Shown piece by piece: positions 39,106-53,361 of a stretch of DNA of 64,000 bases. Position 1 is the stretch's first letter, and the number at the start of each line of letters is the position of its first letter. A model generated the notes under the pieces. The model made no database searches, was not told the DNA's origin, and saw only the letters and a program-made list of their open reading frames with translations. The position numbers and the translations under genes were made by a program. The DNA is from the human T2T-CHM13v2.0 reference genome, Homo sapiens, in assembly GCF_009914755.1 (NCBI RefSeq), contig NC_060948.1. One strand, given 5' to 3'.

Positions 39106-42100
39106 GGAATGAACTTTAATGGAATGTACTCGAATGGATTCGACTGGAATGGAATGTTCTGGAAGTGAATGGACTCCAATGGAATGGATTCAAAAGGAAT
39201 GGAATCGTACGGAATGGAATCTAATGGAATGGAATTAAATGGAAATGAATCAAATTGAATAGCACGGAATTGAACTGAATGGAATGGAATGCAATGGAAT
39301 CTAATGAAACGGAAAGGAAAGGAATGGAATGGAATGGAATGGGCTGGAATGGAAAGGAATCGAAACGAATGGAATGGAATCGAACTGAAGAGACTGGAAT
39401 GGAATGCACTGGAATGGAAGGGAGTGTAATGGAAGGTTCTCGAAAAAAATGGAATGGAATGGAATGGAATTGAATGGAACGGAATAGAGTCGAATGGAAT
39501 TGAATGCAATGGAATGGACTAGAGTGAAATGGAATCGAACAACAAGGAATGGACAGGAATAGAATGGTCTCGAATTGAATGGAATCGTATGGAATGGCAT
39601 CAAACGGAATGGAATGGACAGCCACGGAATGGAATGCACTCGAATGCAATGGAGTCGAAACTAATGGACTGGAATAGAATGGACTCGACTGGTATGGACT
39701 CCAATGGAATGGAATCGAATGGAAGGGAATCGAACGGAATGGACTCGAAGGGACAAGACTGCAATGGAAAGGTCTCGAATGGAATGGAAATTAATGGAAT
39801 GGAATGGAATCGAATGAAATGGAGTCAAAAGGAATGGAATCGAATGGCAAGAAATCGAATGTAATGGAATCGCAAGGAATTGATGTGAACGGAACGGAAT
39901 GGAATGGAATCCAAAGGAATGGAATAGAATGGAATGGAATCGAATGGAAAGGACTCGAATGGAAATCACTCGAATAGAATGCAATTTAATAAAATAGGAT
40001 CAAATGTAATGGAATGGAATGGAAAGGAATCGAAACGAAAGGAATGGAGACAGATGGAATGGAATGGAACAGAGAGCAATGGTATAGAATGGAATGGAAT
40101 CATCTGGAATGGAATTGAATGGAATGGAATAATATGAAATGGAATGGAATGGAATGGAATGGAATGCCGTTGAATTAAATGGACTGGAATGGAATGGACT
40201 CGAACAGAGTGGAATGGAAAGTGTTGAGATAGAATGGAATGGACTCCTTTGGAATGGTCTAGTATGCAATGCAATCGACTGGTAGGGAATCAAAAGGAAT
40301 GTAATCGAATGGATTGGACTGGAATGCAATGGACTCGAATAGATTGGAAACGGAATGCAAAGGAATGGAATGGAATAGTATGGAATGGAATGGAAAGGAA
40401 TGGAGTGGAATAGACTAGAGTGGAATGGAATGGACTGGAAAGCAATGGACTGGAATGGAACTTTCTTGAATGGACTGGAATCAAACGGAATGGAATGCAA
40501 TGCAATCAAATGGCGTGGAATAAAATAGAATGAAAGAGAATCAAATGGAATTGAATCGAATGGAATCGAATGGATTGGAAAGGAATAGAATGGAATGGAA
40601 TAGAATTGACTCAAATGGAATGGACTAGAATGGAATGGATTCGAATGGAAGGCAAAGGAATGGAATCTATTGGAATGGACTGTAATGGAATGGAATGGAA
40701 GGGATTGGAATGGACTCGAATGGAATGGACTGCAATAGAAAGGATTCGAATGGAATGAAAAAGAATTGAATGGAATAGAACAGAATGGAATCAAATCGAA
40801 TGAAATGGAATGGAATAGAAAGGAATGGAATGAAATGGAATGGAAAGGATTCGAATGGAATGCAATCGAATGGAATGGAATCGAACGGAATGGAATAAAA
40901 TGGAAGAAAACTGGCAAGAAATGGAATCGAAATGAATGGAGTGTTATGGAACGGACTCAAAAGGAATTGAATGTAATAGAATGGAGTGGAGTGGACTCGA
41001 ATATAATGGACTGGAATGGAATGAAATCACATGGAATGGGAACGAATGGAATGGAATGGAAAGGAATGGAATCGAATGGAAAGGAATCGAATGGAAGGGA
41101 ATGAAATTGAATCAACAGGAATGGAAGGGAATTGAATAGACGGTAATGGAATGGAATCGAATAGAATGGACACGAATGCTCAAATTGAATGGACTCGAAT
41201 GGAATGGAAACGAAAGGAATGTCATCGAATGGAATTGAATCGATTGGAATGAAATCGCATAGAATGGAGTGGAATCAAATGGAATTGAATCGAAAGGAAA
41301 GGAAGCGAATGGACTGAAATGAAATGGAATGGAATTGAATGGAAAGTAATGCAATGGAATAGAATGGAAGGAAATTTCACGGAATGGAATCAAACTGAAT
41401 GGAATCAAATCAATGGAATCTAATCAAATGGAATGGAAAGGAATTGAATGGAGTAGATTGGATTGGATGGGATTGGAATGAAATGTACTGGAAAGGACTC
41501 GAATTTCATGAAACGGAATGGAATGAATTGGAACGGAATGGACTCGAATGGAATGGAATGTCATGGAATGGCATCAAATGGAATGGCATCAAATGGAATG
41601 GAATCGAATGCAATGGAATGCTATGGAATGGAATGGAATGCATTGGAATGGAATGTCCTCTAATGGAATGGATTCGAGTGGAATGGAATCGAATATAATG
41701 GAGTCGAATGAAATGGAATTGAAAGGAATGGGATCGAATAGAATGGAATATACTGAAATGTAATGTAATGAACTCGAATGTAATTGACTGGAATGGAATG
41801 TACATGAATGGAATGTAATCGAATGGAAAGTAATCCAATGGAATAGAATCTAATGCAATAAAACCGACTCAGATAGAGTAGAATGTAATGGAATGGAGTG
41901 CAGTGCAATGGAATGGAATGGAATTGAATGCAATGGAATGGAATGGAATGGAATGGAATGGAATGGAATGGAATGGAATGGAATGGAATGGGATGGAATG
42001 GTATGGAATGGATAGTAATGGACTGGAGTGAAATGGACTGGAAAGGAATTGACTCAAATTGAAATTGCTCGAAAGGAATGGAGTCAAATGGAATGGTCTG

Positions 42101-42684
42101 GAATGGAATGAACACGAATGTAATGCAATGCAATAGAATGGAAACGAATGGCATGGAATATAAAGAAATGGAATCGAAGAGAATGGAAACAAATGGAATG
42201 GAATTGAATGGAATGGAATTGAATGGAATGGGAACGAATGGAGTGAAATTGTATGCAGTAGAAGGGAATAGAATGGAATGCAAGCGAAAGGAAAGGAATG
42301 GATTGGAATGGAATGGAATTCATTGGAATGGAAGGGAATGTAGTGTAATGGACAGGCCTGGAATAAAGTGGAATGCTACGGTCTCGAATGGAATAAAAAT
42401 GTATGGAATGGAATGCAATGAAACGGAATCGAATGTCATAGAATGTAATGGAATGCAAAAAAATGGAATCCAAAATCATTGACTGGAAAGGCTGGGTGTC
42501 GAAAGGAATTGACTCCAATGGAATGGAATCGAATGGAATGGAAGTGAATAGAATCGAACTAAATCGAATGGAATGGAATTGATAGGAACGGAATGGAAAG
42601 GAATGCAATGATTTGGCATGGAATGGAATCGAATGGCATCGAATGGAATGGAATGGAATGCAATGGAATGGAATGTATTAGAAT
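39106..42684 (+). repeat. DYZ1 unit 12 (3579 bp)
   Basis: Anchor at 39106 and 42685. Confidence 0.9.
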
Positions 42685-45600
42685 GTAATGAACTTTAATG
42701 GAATGTACTCGAATGGATTCGACTGGAATGGAATGTTCTGGAAGTGAATGGACTCCAATGGAATGGATTCAAAAGGAATGGAATCGTACGGAATGGAATC
42801 TAATGGAATGGAATTAAATGGAAATGAATCAAATTGAATAGCACGGAATTGAATTGAATGGAATGGAATGCAATGGAATCTAATGAAACGGAAAGGAAAG
42901 GAATGGAATGGAATGGAATGGGCTGGAATGGAAAGGAATCGAAACGAATGGAATGGAATCGAACTGAAGAGACTGGAATGGAATGCACTGGAATGGAAGG
43001 GAGTGTAATGGAAGGTTCTCGAAAAAAATGGAATCGAATGGAATGGAATTGAATGGAACGGAATAGAGTCGAATGGAATTGAATGGAATGGAATGGACTA
43101 GAGTGAAATGGAATCGAACCACAAGGAATGGACAGGAATAGAATGGTCTCGAATTGAATGGAATCGTATGGAATGGCATCAAACGGAATGGAATGGACAG
43201 CCACGGAATGGAATGCACTCGAATGCAATGGAGTCGAAACTAATGGACTGGAATAGAATGGACTCGACTGGTACGGACTCCAATGGAAGGGAATCGAATG
43301 GAAGGGAATCGAACGGAATGGACTCGAAGGGAAAAGACTGCAATGGAAAGGTCTCGAATGGAATGGAAATTAATGGAATGGAATGGAATCGAATGAAATG
43401 GAGTCAAAAGGAATGGAATCGAATGGCAAGAAATCGAATGTAATGGAATCGCAAGGAATTGATGTGAACGGAACGGAATGGAATGGAATCCAAAGGAATG
43501 GAATAGAATGGAATGGAATCGAATGGAAAGGACTCGAATGGAAATCACTCGAATAGAATGCAATTTAATAAAATAGGATCAAATGTAATGGAATGGAATG
43601 GAAAGGAATCGAAACGAAAGGAATGGAGACAGATGGAATGGAATAGAACAGAGAGCAATGGTATAGAATGGAAAGGAATCATCTGGAATGGAATTGAATG
43701 GAATGGAATAATATGAAATGGAATGGAATGGAATGGAATGGAATGGAATGCCCTTGAATTAAATGGACTGGAATGGAATGGACTCGAACAGAGTGGAATG
43801 GAAAGTGTTGAGATAGAATGGAATGGACTCGTTTGGAATGGTCTAGTATGCAATGCAATCGACTGGCAGGGAATCAAAAGGAATGTAATGGAATGGATTG
43901 GACAGGAATGAAATGGACTCGAATAGATTGGAAACGGAATGCAAAGGAATGGAATGGAATAGTATGGAATGGAATGGAAAGGAATGGAGTGGAATAGACT
44001 AGACTGGAATGGAATGGACTGGAAAGCAATGGACTGGAATGGAACTTTCTTGAATGGACTGGAATCAAACGGAATGGAATGCAATGCAATCAAATGGCAT
44101 GGAATAAAATAGAATGAAAGAGAATCAAATGGAATTGAATCGAATGGAATCGAATGGATTGGAAAGGAATAGAATGGAATGGAATGGAATTGACTCAAAT
44201 GGAATGGACTAGAATGGAATGGATTCGAATGGAAGGCAAAGGAATGGAATCTATTGGAATGGACTGTAATGGAATGGAATGGAAGGGATTGGAATGGACT
44301 CGAATGGAATGGACTGCAATAGAAAGGATTCGAATGGAATGAAAAAGAATTGAATGGAATAGAACAGAATGGAATCAAATCGAATGAAATGGAATGGAAT
44401 AGAAAGGAATGGAATGAAATGGAATGGAAAGGATTCGAATGGAATGCAATCGAATGGAATGGAATCGAACGGAATGGAATAAAATGGAAGAAAACTGGCA
44501 AGAAATGGAATCGAAATGAATGGAGTGTTATGGAACGGACTCAAAAGGAATTGAATGTAATAGAATGGAGTGGAGTGGACTCGAATATAATGGACTGGAA
44601 TGGAATGAAATCACATGGAATGGGAACGAATGGAATGGAATGGAAAGGAATGGAATCGAATGGAAAGGAATCGAATGGAAGGGAATGAAATTGAATCAAC
44701 AGGAATGGAAGGGAATAGAATAGACTGTAATGGAATGGACTCGAATAGAATGGACACGAATGCTGAAATTGAATGGACTCGAATGCAATGGAAACGAAAG
44801 GAATGTCATCGAATGGAATTGAATCGATTGGAATGAAATCGCATAGAATGGAGTGGAATCAAATGGAATTGAATCGAAAGGAAAGGAAGCGAATGGACTG
44901 AAATGAAATGGAATGGAATTGAATGGAAAGTAATGCAATGGAATAGAATGGAACGAAATTTCACAGAATGGAATCAAACTGAATGGAATCAAACCAAAGG
45001 AATCAAATCAAATGGAATGGAAAGGAATTGAATGGAGTAGATTGGATTGGATGGGATTGGAATGAAATGTACTGGAAAGGACTCGAATTTCATGAAACGG
45101 AATGGAATGAATTGGAACGGAACGGACTCGAATGGAATGGAATGTCATGGAATGGCATCAAATGGAATGGCATCAAATGGAATGGAATCGAATGCAATGG
45201 AATGCTATGGAATGGAATGGAATGCATTTTAATGGAATGTCCTCTAATGGAATGGATTCGAGTGGAATGGAATCGAATATAATGGAGTCGAATGAAATGG
45301 AATTGAAAGGAATGGGATCGAATACAATGGAATATACTGGAATGTAATGTAATGAACTCGAATGTAATTGACCGGAATGGAATGTACATGAATGGAATGT
45401 AATCGAATGGAAAGTAATCCAATGGAATAGAATCTAATGCAATAAAATCGACTCAGATAGAGTAGAATGTAATGGAATGGAGTGCAGTGCAATGGAATGG
45501 AATGGAATGGAATGCAATGGAATGGAATGGAATGGAATGGAATGGAATGGTGTGGAATGGATAGTAATGGACTGGAGTGAAATGGACTGGAAAGGAATGG

Positions 45601-46233
45601 ACTCAAATTGAATGGGCTCGAAAGGAATGGAGTCAAATGGAATGGTCTGGAATGGAATGAACACGAATGTAATGCAATCCAATAGAATGGAATCGAATGG
45701 CATGGAATATAAAGAAATGGAATCGAAGAGAATGGAAACAAATGGAATGGAATTGAGTGGAATGGAATTGAATGGAATGGGAACGAATGGAGTGAAATTG
45801 TATGCAGTAGAAGAGAATAGAATGGAATGCAAGCGAAAGGAAAGGAATGGATTGGAATGGAATGGAATTCATTGGAATGGAAGGGAATGTAGTGTAATGG
45901 ACAGGCCTGGAATAAAGTGGAATGCTACGGTCTCGAATGGAATAAAAATGTATGGAATGGAATGCAATGAAATGGAATCGAATGTCATAGAATGTAATGG
46001 AATGCAAAAAAATGGACTCCAAAATCATTGACTGGAAAGGCTGGGTGTCGAAAGGAATTGACTCCAATGGAATGGAATCGAATGGAATGGAAGTGAATAG
46101 AATCGAACTAAATCGAATGGAATGGAATTGATAGGAACGGAATGGAAAGGAATGCAATGATTTGGCATGGAATGGAATCGAATGGCATCGAATGGAATGG
46201 AATGGAATGCAATGGAATGGAATGTATTAGAAT
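42685..46233 (+). repeat. DYZ1 unit 13 (3549 bp)
   Basis: Anchor at 42685 and 46234. Confidence 0.9.
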
Positions 46234-49200
46234 GGAATGAACTTTAATGGAATGTACTCGAATGGATTCGACTGGAATGGAATGTTCTGGAAGTGAATGG
46301 ACTCCAATGGAATGGATTCAAAAGGAATGGAATCGTACGGAATGGAATCTAATGGAATGGAATTAAATGGAAATGAATCAAATTGAATAGCACGGAATTG
46401 AACTGAATGGAATGGAATGCAATGGAATCTAATGAAACGGAAAGGAAAGGAATGGAATGGAATGGAATGGGCTGGAATGGAAAGGAATCGAAACGAATGG
46501 AATGGAATCGAACTGAAGAGACTGGAATGGAATGCACTGGAATGGAAGGGAGTGTAATGGAAGGTTCTCGAAAAAAATGGAATGGAATGGAATGGAATTG
46601 AATGGAACGGAATAGAGTCGAATGGAATTGAATGCAATGGAATGGACTAGAGTGAAATGGAATCGAACAACAAGGAATGGACAGGAATAGAATGGTCTCG
46701 AATTGAATGGAATCGTATGGAATGGCATCAAACGGAATGGAATGGACAGCCACGGAATGGAATGCACTCGAATGCAATGGAGTCGAAACTAATGGACTGG
46801 AATAGAATGGACTCGACTGGTATGGACTCCAATGGAATGGAATCGAATGGAAGGGAATCGAACGGAATGGACTCGAAGGGACAAGACTGCAATGGAAAGG
46901 TCTCGAATGGAATGGAAATTAATGGAATGGAATGGAATCGAATGAAATGGAGTCAAAAGGAATGGAATCGAATGGCAAGAAATCGAATGTAATGGAATCG
47001 CAAGGAATTGATGTGAACGGAACGGAATGGAATGGAATCCAAAGGAATGGAATAGAATGGAATGGAATCGAATGGAAAGGACTCGAATGGAAATCACTCG
47101 AATAGAATGCAATTTAATAAAATAGGATCAAATGTAATGGAATGGAATGGAAAGGAATCGAAACGAAAGGAATGGAGACAGATGGAATGGAATGGAACAG
47201 AGAGCAATGGTATAGAATGGAATGGAATCATCTGGAATGGAATTGAATGGAATGGAATAATATGAAATGGAATGGAATGGAATGGAATGGAATGCCGTTG
47301 AATTAAATGGACTGGAATGGAATGGACTCGAACAGAGTGGAATGGAAAGTGTTGAGATAGAATGGAATGGACTCCTTTGGAATGGTCTAGTATGCAATGC
47401 AATCGACTGGTAGGGAATCAAAAGGAATGTAATCGAATGGATTGGACTGGAATGCAATGGACTCGAATAGATTGGAAACGGAATGCAAAGGAATGGAATG
47501 GAATAGTATGGAATGGAATGGAAAGGAATGGAGTGGAATAGACTAGAGTGGAATGGAATGGACTGGAAAGCAATGGACTGGAATGGAACTTTCTTGAATG
47601 GACTGGAATCAAACGGAATGGAATGCAATGCAATCAAATGGCGTGGAATAAAATAGAATGAAAGAGAATCAAATGGAATTGAATCGAATGGAATCGAATG
47701 GATTGGAAAGGAATAGAATGGAATGGAATAGAATTGACTCAAATGGAATGGACTAGAATGGAATGGATTCGAATGGAAGGCAAAGGAATGGAATCTATTG
47801 GAATGGACTGTAATGGAATGGAATGGAAGGGATTGGAATGGACTCGAATGGAATGGACTGCAATAGAAAGGATTCGAATGGAATGAAAAAGAATTGAATG
47901 GAATAGAACAGAATGGAATCAAATCGAATGAAATGGAATGGAATAGAAAGGAATGGAATGAAATGGAATGGAAAGGATTCGAATGGAATGCAATCGAATG
48001 GAATGGAATCGAACGGAATGGAATAAAATGGAAGAAAACTGGCAAGAAATGGAATCGAAATGAATGGAGTGTTATGGAACGGACTCAAAAGGAATTGAAT
48101 GTAATAGAATGGAGTGGAGTGGACTCGAATATAATGGACTGGAATGGAATGAAATCACATGGAATGGGAACGAATGGAATGGAATGGAAAGGAATGGAAT
48201 CGAATGGAAAGGAATCGAATGGAAGGGAATGAAATTGAATCAACAGGAATGGAAGGGAATTGAATAGACGGTAATGGAATGGAATCGAATAGAATGGACA
48301 CGAATGCTCAAATTGAATGGACTCGAATGGAATGGAAACGAAAGGAATGTCATCGAATGGAATTGAATCGATTGGAATGAAATCGCATAGAATGGAGTGG
48401 AATCAAATGGAATTGAATCGAAAGGAAAGGAAGCGAATGGACTGAAATGAAATGGAATGGAATTGAATGGAAAGTAATGCAATGGAATAGAATGGAAGGA
48501 AATTTCACGGAATGGAATCAAACTGAATGGAATCAAATCAATGGAATCTAATCAAATGGAATGGAAAGGAATTGAATGGAGTAGATTGGATTGGATGGGA
48601 TTGGAATGAAATGTACTGGAAAGGACTCGAATTTCATGAAACGGAATGGAATGAATTGGAACGGAATGGACTCGAATGGAATGGAATGTCATGGAATGGC
48701 ATCAAATGGAATGGCATCAAATGGAATGGAATCGAATGCAATGGAATGCTATGGAATGGAATGGAATGCATTGGAATGGAATGTCCTCTAATGGAATGGA
48801 TTCGAGTGGAATGGAATCGAATATAATGGAGTCGAATGAAATGGAATTGAAAGGAATGGGATCGAATAGAATGGAATATACTGAAATGTAATGTAATGAA
48901 CTCGAATGTAATTGACTGGAATGGAATGTACATGAATGGAATGTAATCGAATGGAAAGTAATCCAATGGAATAGAATCTAATGCAATAAAACCGACTCAG
49001 ATAGAGTAGAATGTAATGGAATGGAGTGCAGTGCAATGGAATGGAATGGAATTGAATGCAATGGAATGGAATGGAATGGAATGGAATGGAATGGAATGGA
49101 ATGGAATGGAATGGGATGGAATGGTATGGAATGGATAGTAATGGACTGGAGTGAAATGGACTGGAAAGGAATTGACTCAAATTGAAATTGCTCGAAAGGA

Positions 49201-49807
49201 ATGGAGTCAAATGGAATGGTCTGGAATGGAATGAACACGAATGTAATGCAATGCAATAGAATGGAAACGAATGGCATGGAATATAAAGAAATGGAATCGA
49301 AGAGAATGGAAACAAATGGAATGGAATTGAATGGAATGGAATTGAATGGAATGGGAACGAATGGAGTGAAATTGTATGCAGTAGAAGGGAATAGAATGGA
49401 ATGCAAGCGAAAGGAAAGGAATGGATTGGAATGGAATGGAATTCATTGGAATGGAAGGGAATGTAGTGTAATGGACAGGCCTGGAATAAAGTGGAATGCT
49501 ACGGTCTCGAATGGAATAAAAATGTATGGAATGGAATGCAATGAAACGGAATCGAATGTCATAGAATGTAATGGAATGCAAAAAAATGGAATCCAAAATC
49601 ATTGACTGGAAAGGCTGGGTGTCGAAAGGAATTGACTCCAATGGAATGGAATCGAATGGAATGGAAGTGAATAGAATCGAACTAAATCGAATGGAATGGA
49701 ATTGATAGGAACGGAATGGAAAGGAATGCAATGATTTGGCATGGAATGGAATCGAATGGCATCGAATGGAATGGAATGGAATGCAATGGAATGGAATGTA
49801 TTAGAAT
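46234..49807 (+). repeat. DYZ1 unit 14 (3574 bp)
   Basis: Anchor at 46234 and 49808. Near-identical to unit 12. Confidence 0.9.
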
Positions 49808-52800
49808 GTAATGAACTTTAATGGAATGTACTCGAATGGATTCGACTGGAATGGAATGTTCTGGAAGTGAATGGACTCCAATGGAATGGATTCAAAAGGA
49901 ATGGAATCGTACGGAATGGAATCTAATGGAATGGAATTAAATGGAAATGAATCAAATTGAATAGCACGGAATTGAATTGAATGGAATGGAATGCAATGGA
50001 ATCTAATGAAACGGAAAGGAAAGGAATGGAATGGAATGGAATGGGCTGGAATGGAAAGGAATCGAAACGAATGGAATGGAATCGAACTGAAGAGACTGGA
50101 ATGGAATGCACTGGAATGGAAGGGAGTGTAATGGAAGGTTCTCGAAAAAAATGGAATCGAATGGAATGGAATTGAATGGAACGGAATAGAGTCGAATGGA
50201 ATTGAATGGAATGGAATGGACTAGAGTGAAATGGAATCGAACCACAAGGAATGGACAGGAATAGAATGGTCTCGAATTGAATGGAATCGTATGGAATGGC
50301 ATCAAACGGAATGGAATGGACAGCCACGGAATGGAATGCACTCGAATGCAATGGAGTCGAAACTAATGGACTGGAATAGAATGGACTCGACTGGTACGGA
50401 CTCCAATGGAAGGGAATCGAATGGAAGGGAATCGAACGGAATGGACTCGAAGGGAAAAGACTGCAATGGAAAGGTCTCGAATGGAATGGAAATTAATGGA
50501 ATGGAATGGAATCGAATGAAATGGAGTCAAAAGGAATGGAATCGAATGGCAAGAAATCGAATGTAATGGAATCGCAAGGAATTGATGTGAACGGAACGGA
50601 ATGGAATGGAATCCAAAGGAATGGAATAGAATGGAATGGAATCGAATGGAAAGGACTCGAATGGAAATCACTCGAATAGAATGCAATTTAATAAAATAGG
50701 ATCAAATGTAATGGAATGGAATGGAAAGGAATCGAAACGAAAGGAATGGAGACAGATGGAATGGAATAGAACAGAGAGCAATGGTATAGAATGGAAAGGA
50801 ATCATCTGGAATGGAATTGAATGGAATGGAATAATATGAAATGGAATGGAATGGAATGGAATGGAATGGAATGCCCTTGAATTAAATGGACTGGAATGGA
50901 ATGGACTCGAACAGAGTGGAATGGAAAGTGTTGAGATAGAATGGAATGGACTCGTTTGGAATGGTCTAGTATGCAATGCAATCGACTGGCAGGGAATCAA
51001 AAGGAATGTAATCGAATGGATTGGACTGGAATGCAATGGACTCGAATAGATTGCAAACGGAATGCAAAGGAATGGAATGGAATAGTATGGAATGGAATGG
51101 AAAGGAATGGAGTGGAATAGACTAGACTGGAATGGAATGGACTGGAAAGCAATGGACTGGAATGGAACTTTCTTGAATGGACTGGAATCAAACGGAATGG
51201 AATGCAATGCAATCAAATGGCATGGAATAAAATAGAATGAAAGAGAATCAAATGGAATTGAATCGAATGGAATCGAATGGATTGGAAAGGAATAGAATGG
51301 AATGGAATGGAATGGACTAGAATGGAATGGATTCGAATGGAAGGCAAAGGAATGGAATCTATTGGAATGGACTGTAATGGAATGGAATGGAAGGGATTGG
51401 AATGGACTCGAATGGAATGGACTGCAATAGAAAGGATTCGAATGGAATGAAAAAGAATTGAATGGAATAGAACAGAATGGAATCAAATCGAATGAAATGG
51501 AATGGAATAGAAAGGAATGGAATGAAATGGAATGGAAAGGATTCGAATGGAATGCAATCGAATGGAATGGAATCGAACGGAATGGAATAAAATGGAAGAA
51601 AACTGGCAAGAAATGGAATCGAAATGAATGGAGTGTTATGGAACGGACTCAAAAGGAATTGAATGTAATAGAATGGAGTGGAGTGGACTCGAATATAATG
51701 GACTGGAATGGAATGAAATCACATGGAATGGGAACGAATGGAATGGAATGGAAAGGAATGGAATCGAATGGAAAGGAATCGAATGGAAGGGAATGAAATT
51801 GAATCAACAGGAATGGAAGGGAATAGAATAGACGGTAATGGAATGGAATCGAATAGAATGGACACGAATGCTCAAATGGAATGGACTCGAATGGAATGGA
51901 AACGAAAGGAATGTCATTGAATGGAATTGAATCGATTGGAATGAAATCGCATAGAATGGAGTGGAATCAAATGGAATTGAATCGAAAGGAAAGGAAGCGA
52001 ATGGACTGAAATGAAATGGAATGGAATTGAATGGAAAGTAATGCAATGGAATAGAATGGAACGAAATTTCACGGAATGGAATCAAACTGAATGGAATCAA
52101 ATCAATGGAATCCAATCAAATGGAATGGAGTAGATTGGATTGGATGGGATTGGAATGAAATGTACTGGAAAGGGCTCGAATTTCATGAAACGGAATGGAA
52201 TGAATTGGAACGGAATGGACTCGAATGGAATGGAATGTCATAGAATGGCATCAAATGGAATGGCATCAAATGGAATGGAATCGAATGCAATGGAATGCTA
52301 TGGAATGGAATGGAATGCATTGGAATGGAATGTCCTCTAATGGAATGGATTCGAGTGGAATGGAATCGAATATAATGGAGTCGAATGAAATGGAATTGAA
52401 AGGAATGGGATCGAATACAATGGAATATACTGGAATGTAATGTAATGAACTCGAATGTAATTGACTGGAATGGAATGTACATGAATGGAATGTAATCGAA
52501 TGGAAAGTAATCCAATGGAATAGAATCTAATGCAATAAAATCGACTCAGATAGAGTAGAATGTAATGGAATGGAGTGCAGTGCAATGGAATGGAATGGAA
52601 TGGAATGCAATGGAATGGAATGGAATGGAATGGAATGGAATGGAATGGAATGGAATGGAATGGAATGGGATGGAATGGTATGGAATGGATGGTAATGGAC
52701 TGGAGTGAAATGGACTGGAAAGGAATGGACTCAAATTGAAAGGGCTGGAAAGGAATGGAGTCAAATGGAATGGTCTGGAATGGAATGAACACGAAAGTAA

Positions 52801-53361
52801 TGCAATCCAATAGAATGGAATCGAATGGCATGGAATATAATGAAATGGAATCGAAGAGAATGGAAACAAATGGAATGGAATTGAATGGAATGGAATTGAA
52901 TGGAATGGGAACGAATGGAGTGAAATTGTATGCAGTAGAAGGGAATAGAATGGAATGCAAGCGAAAGGAAAGGAATGGATTGGAAAGGAATGGAATTCAT
53001 TGGAATGGAAGGGAATGTAGTGTAATGGACAGGCCTGGAATAAAGTGGAATGCTACGGTCTCGAATGGAATAAAAATGTATGGAATGGAATGCAATGAAA
53101 CGGAATCGAATGTCATAGAATGTAATGGAATGCAAAAAACTGGAATCCAAAATCATTGACTGGAAAGGCTGGGTGTCGAAAGGAATTGACTCCAATGGAA
53201 TGGAATCGAATGGAATGGAAGTGAATAGAATCGAACTAAATCGAATGGAATGGAATTGATAGGAACGGAATGGAAAGGAATGCAATGATTTGGCACGGAA
53301 TGGAATCGAATGGCATCGAACGGAATGGAATGGAATGCAATTGAATGGAACGTATTAGAAT
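49808..53361 (+). repeat. DYZ1 unit 15 (3554 bp)
   Basis: Anchor at 49808 and 53362. Confidence 0.9.
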
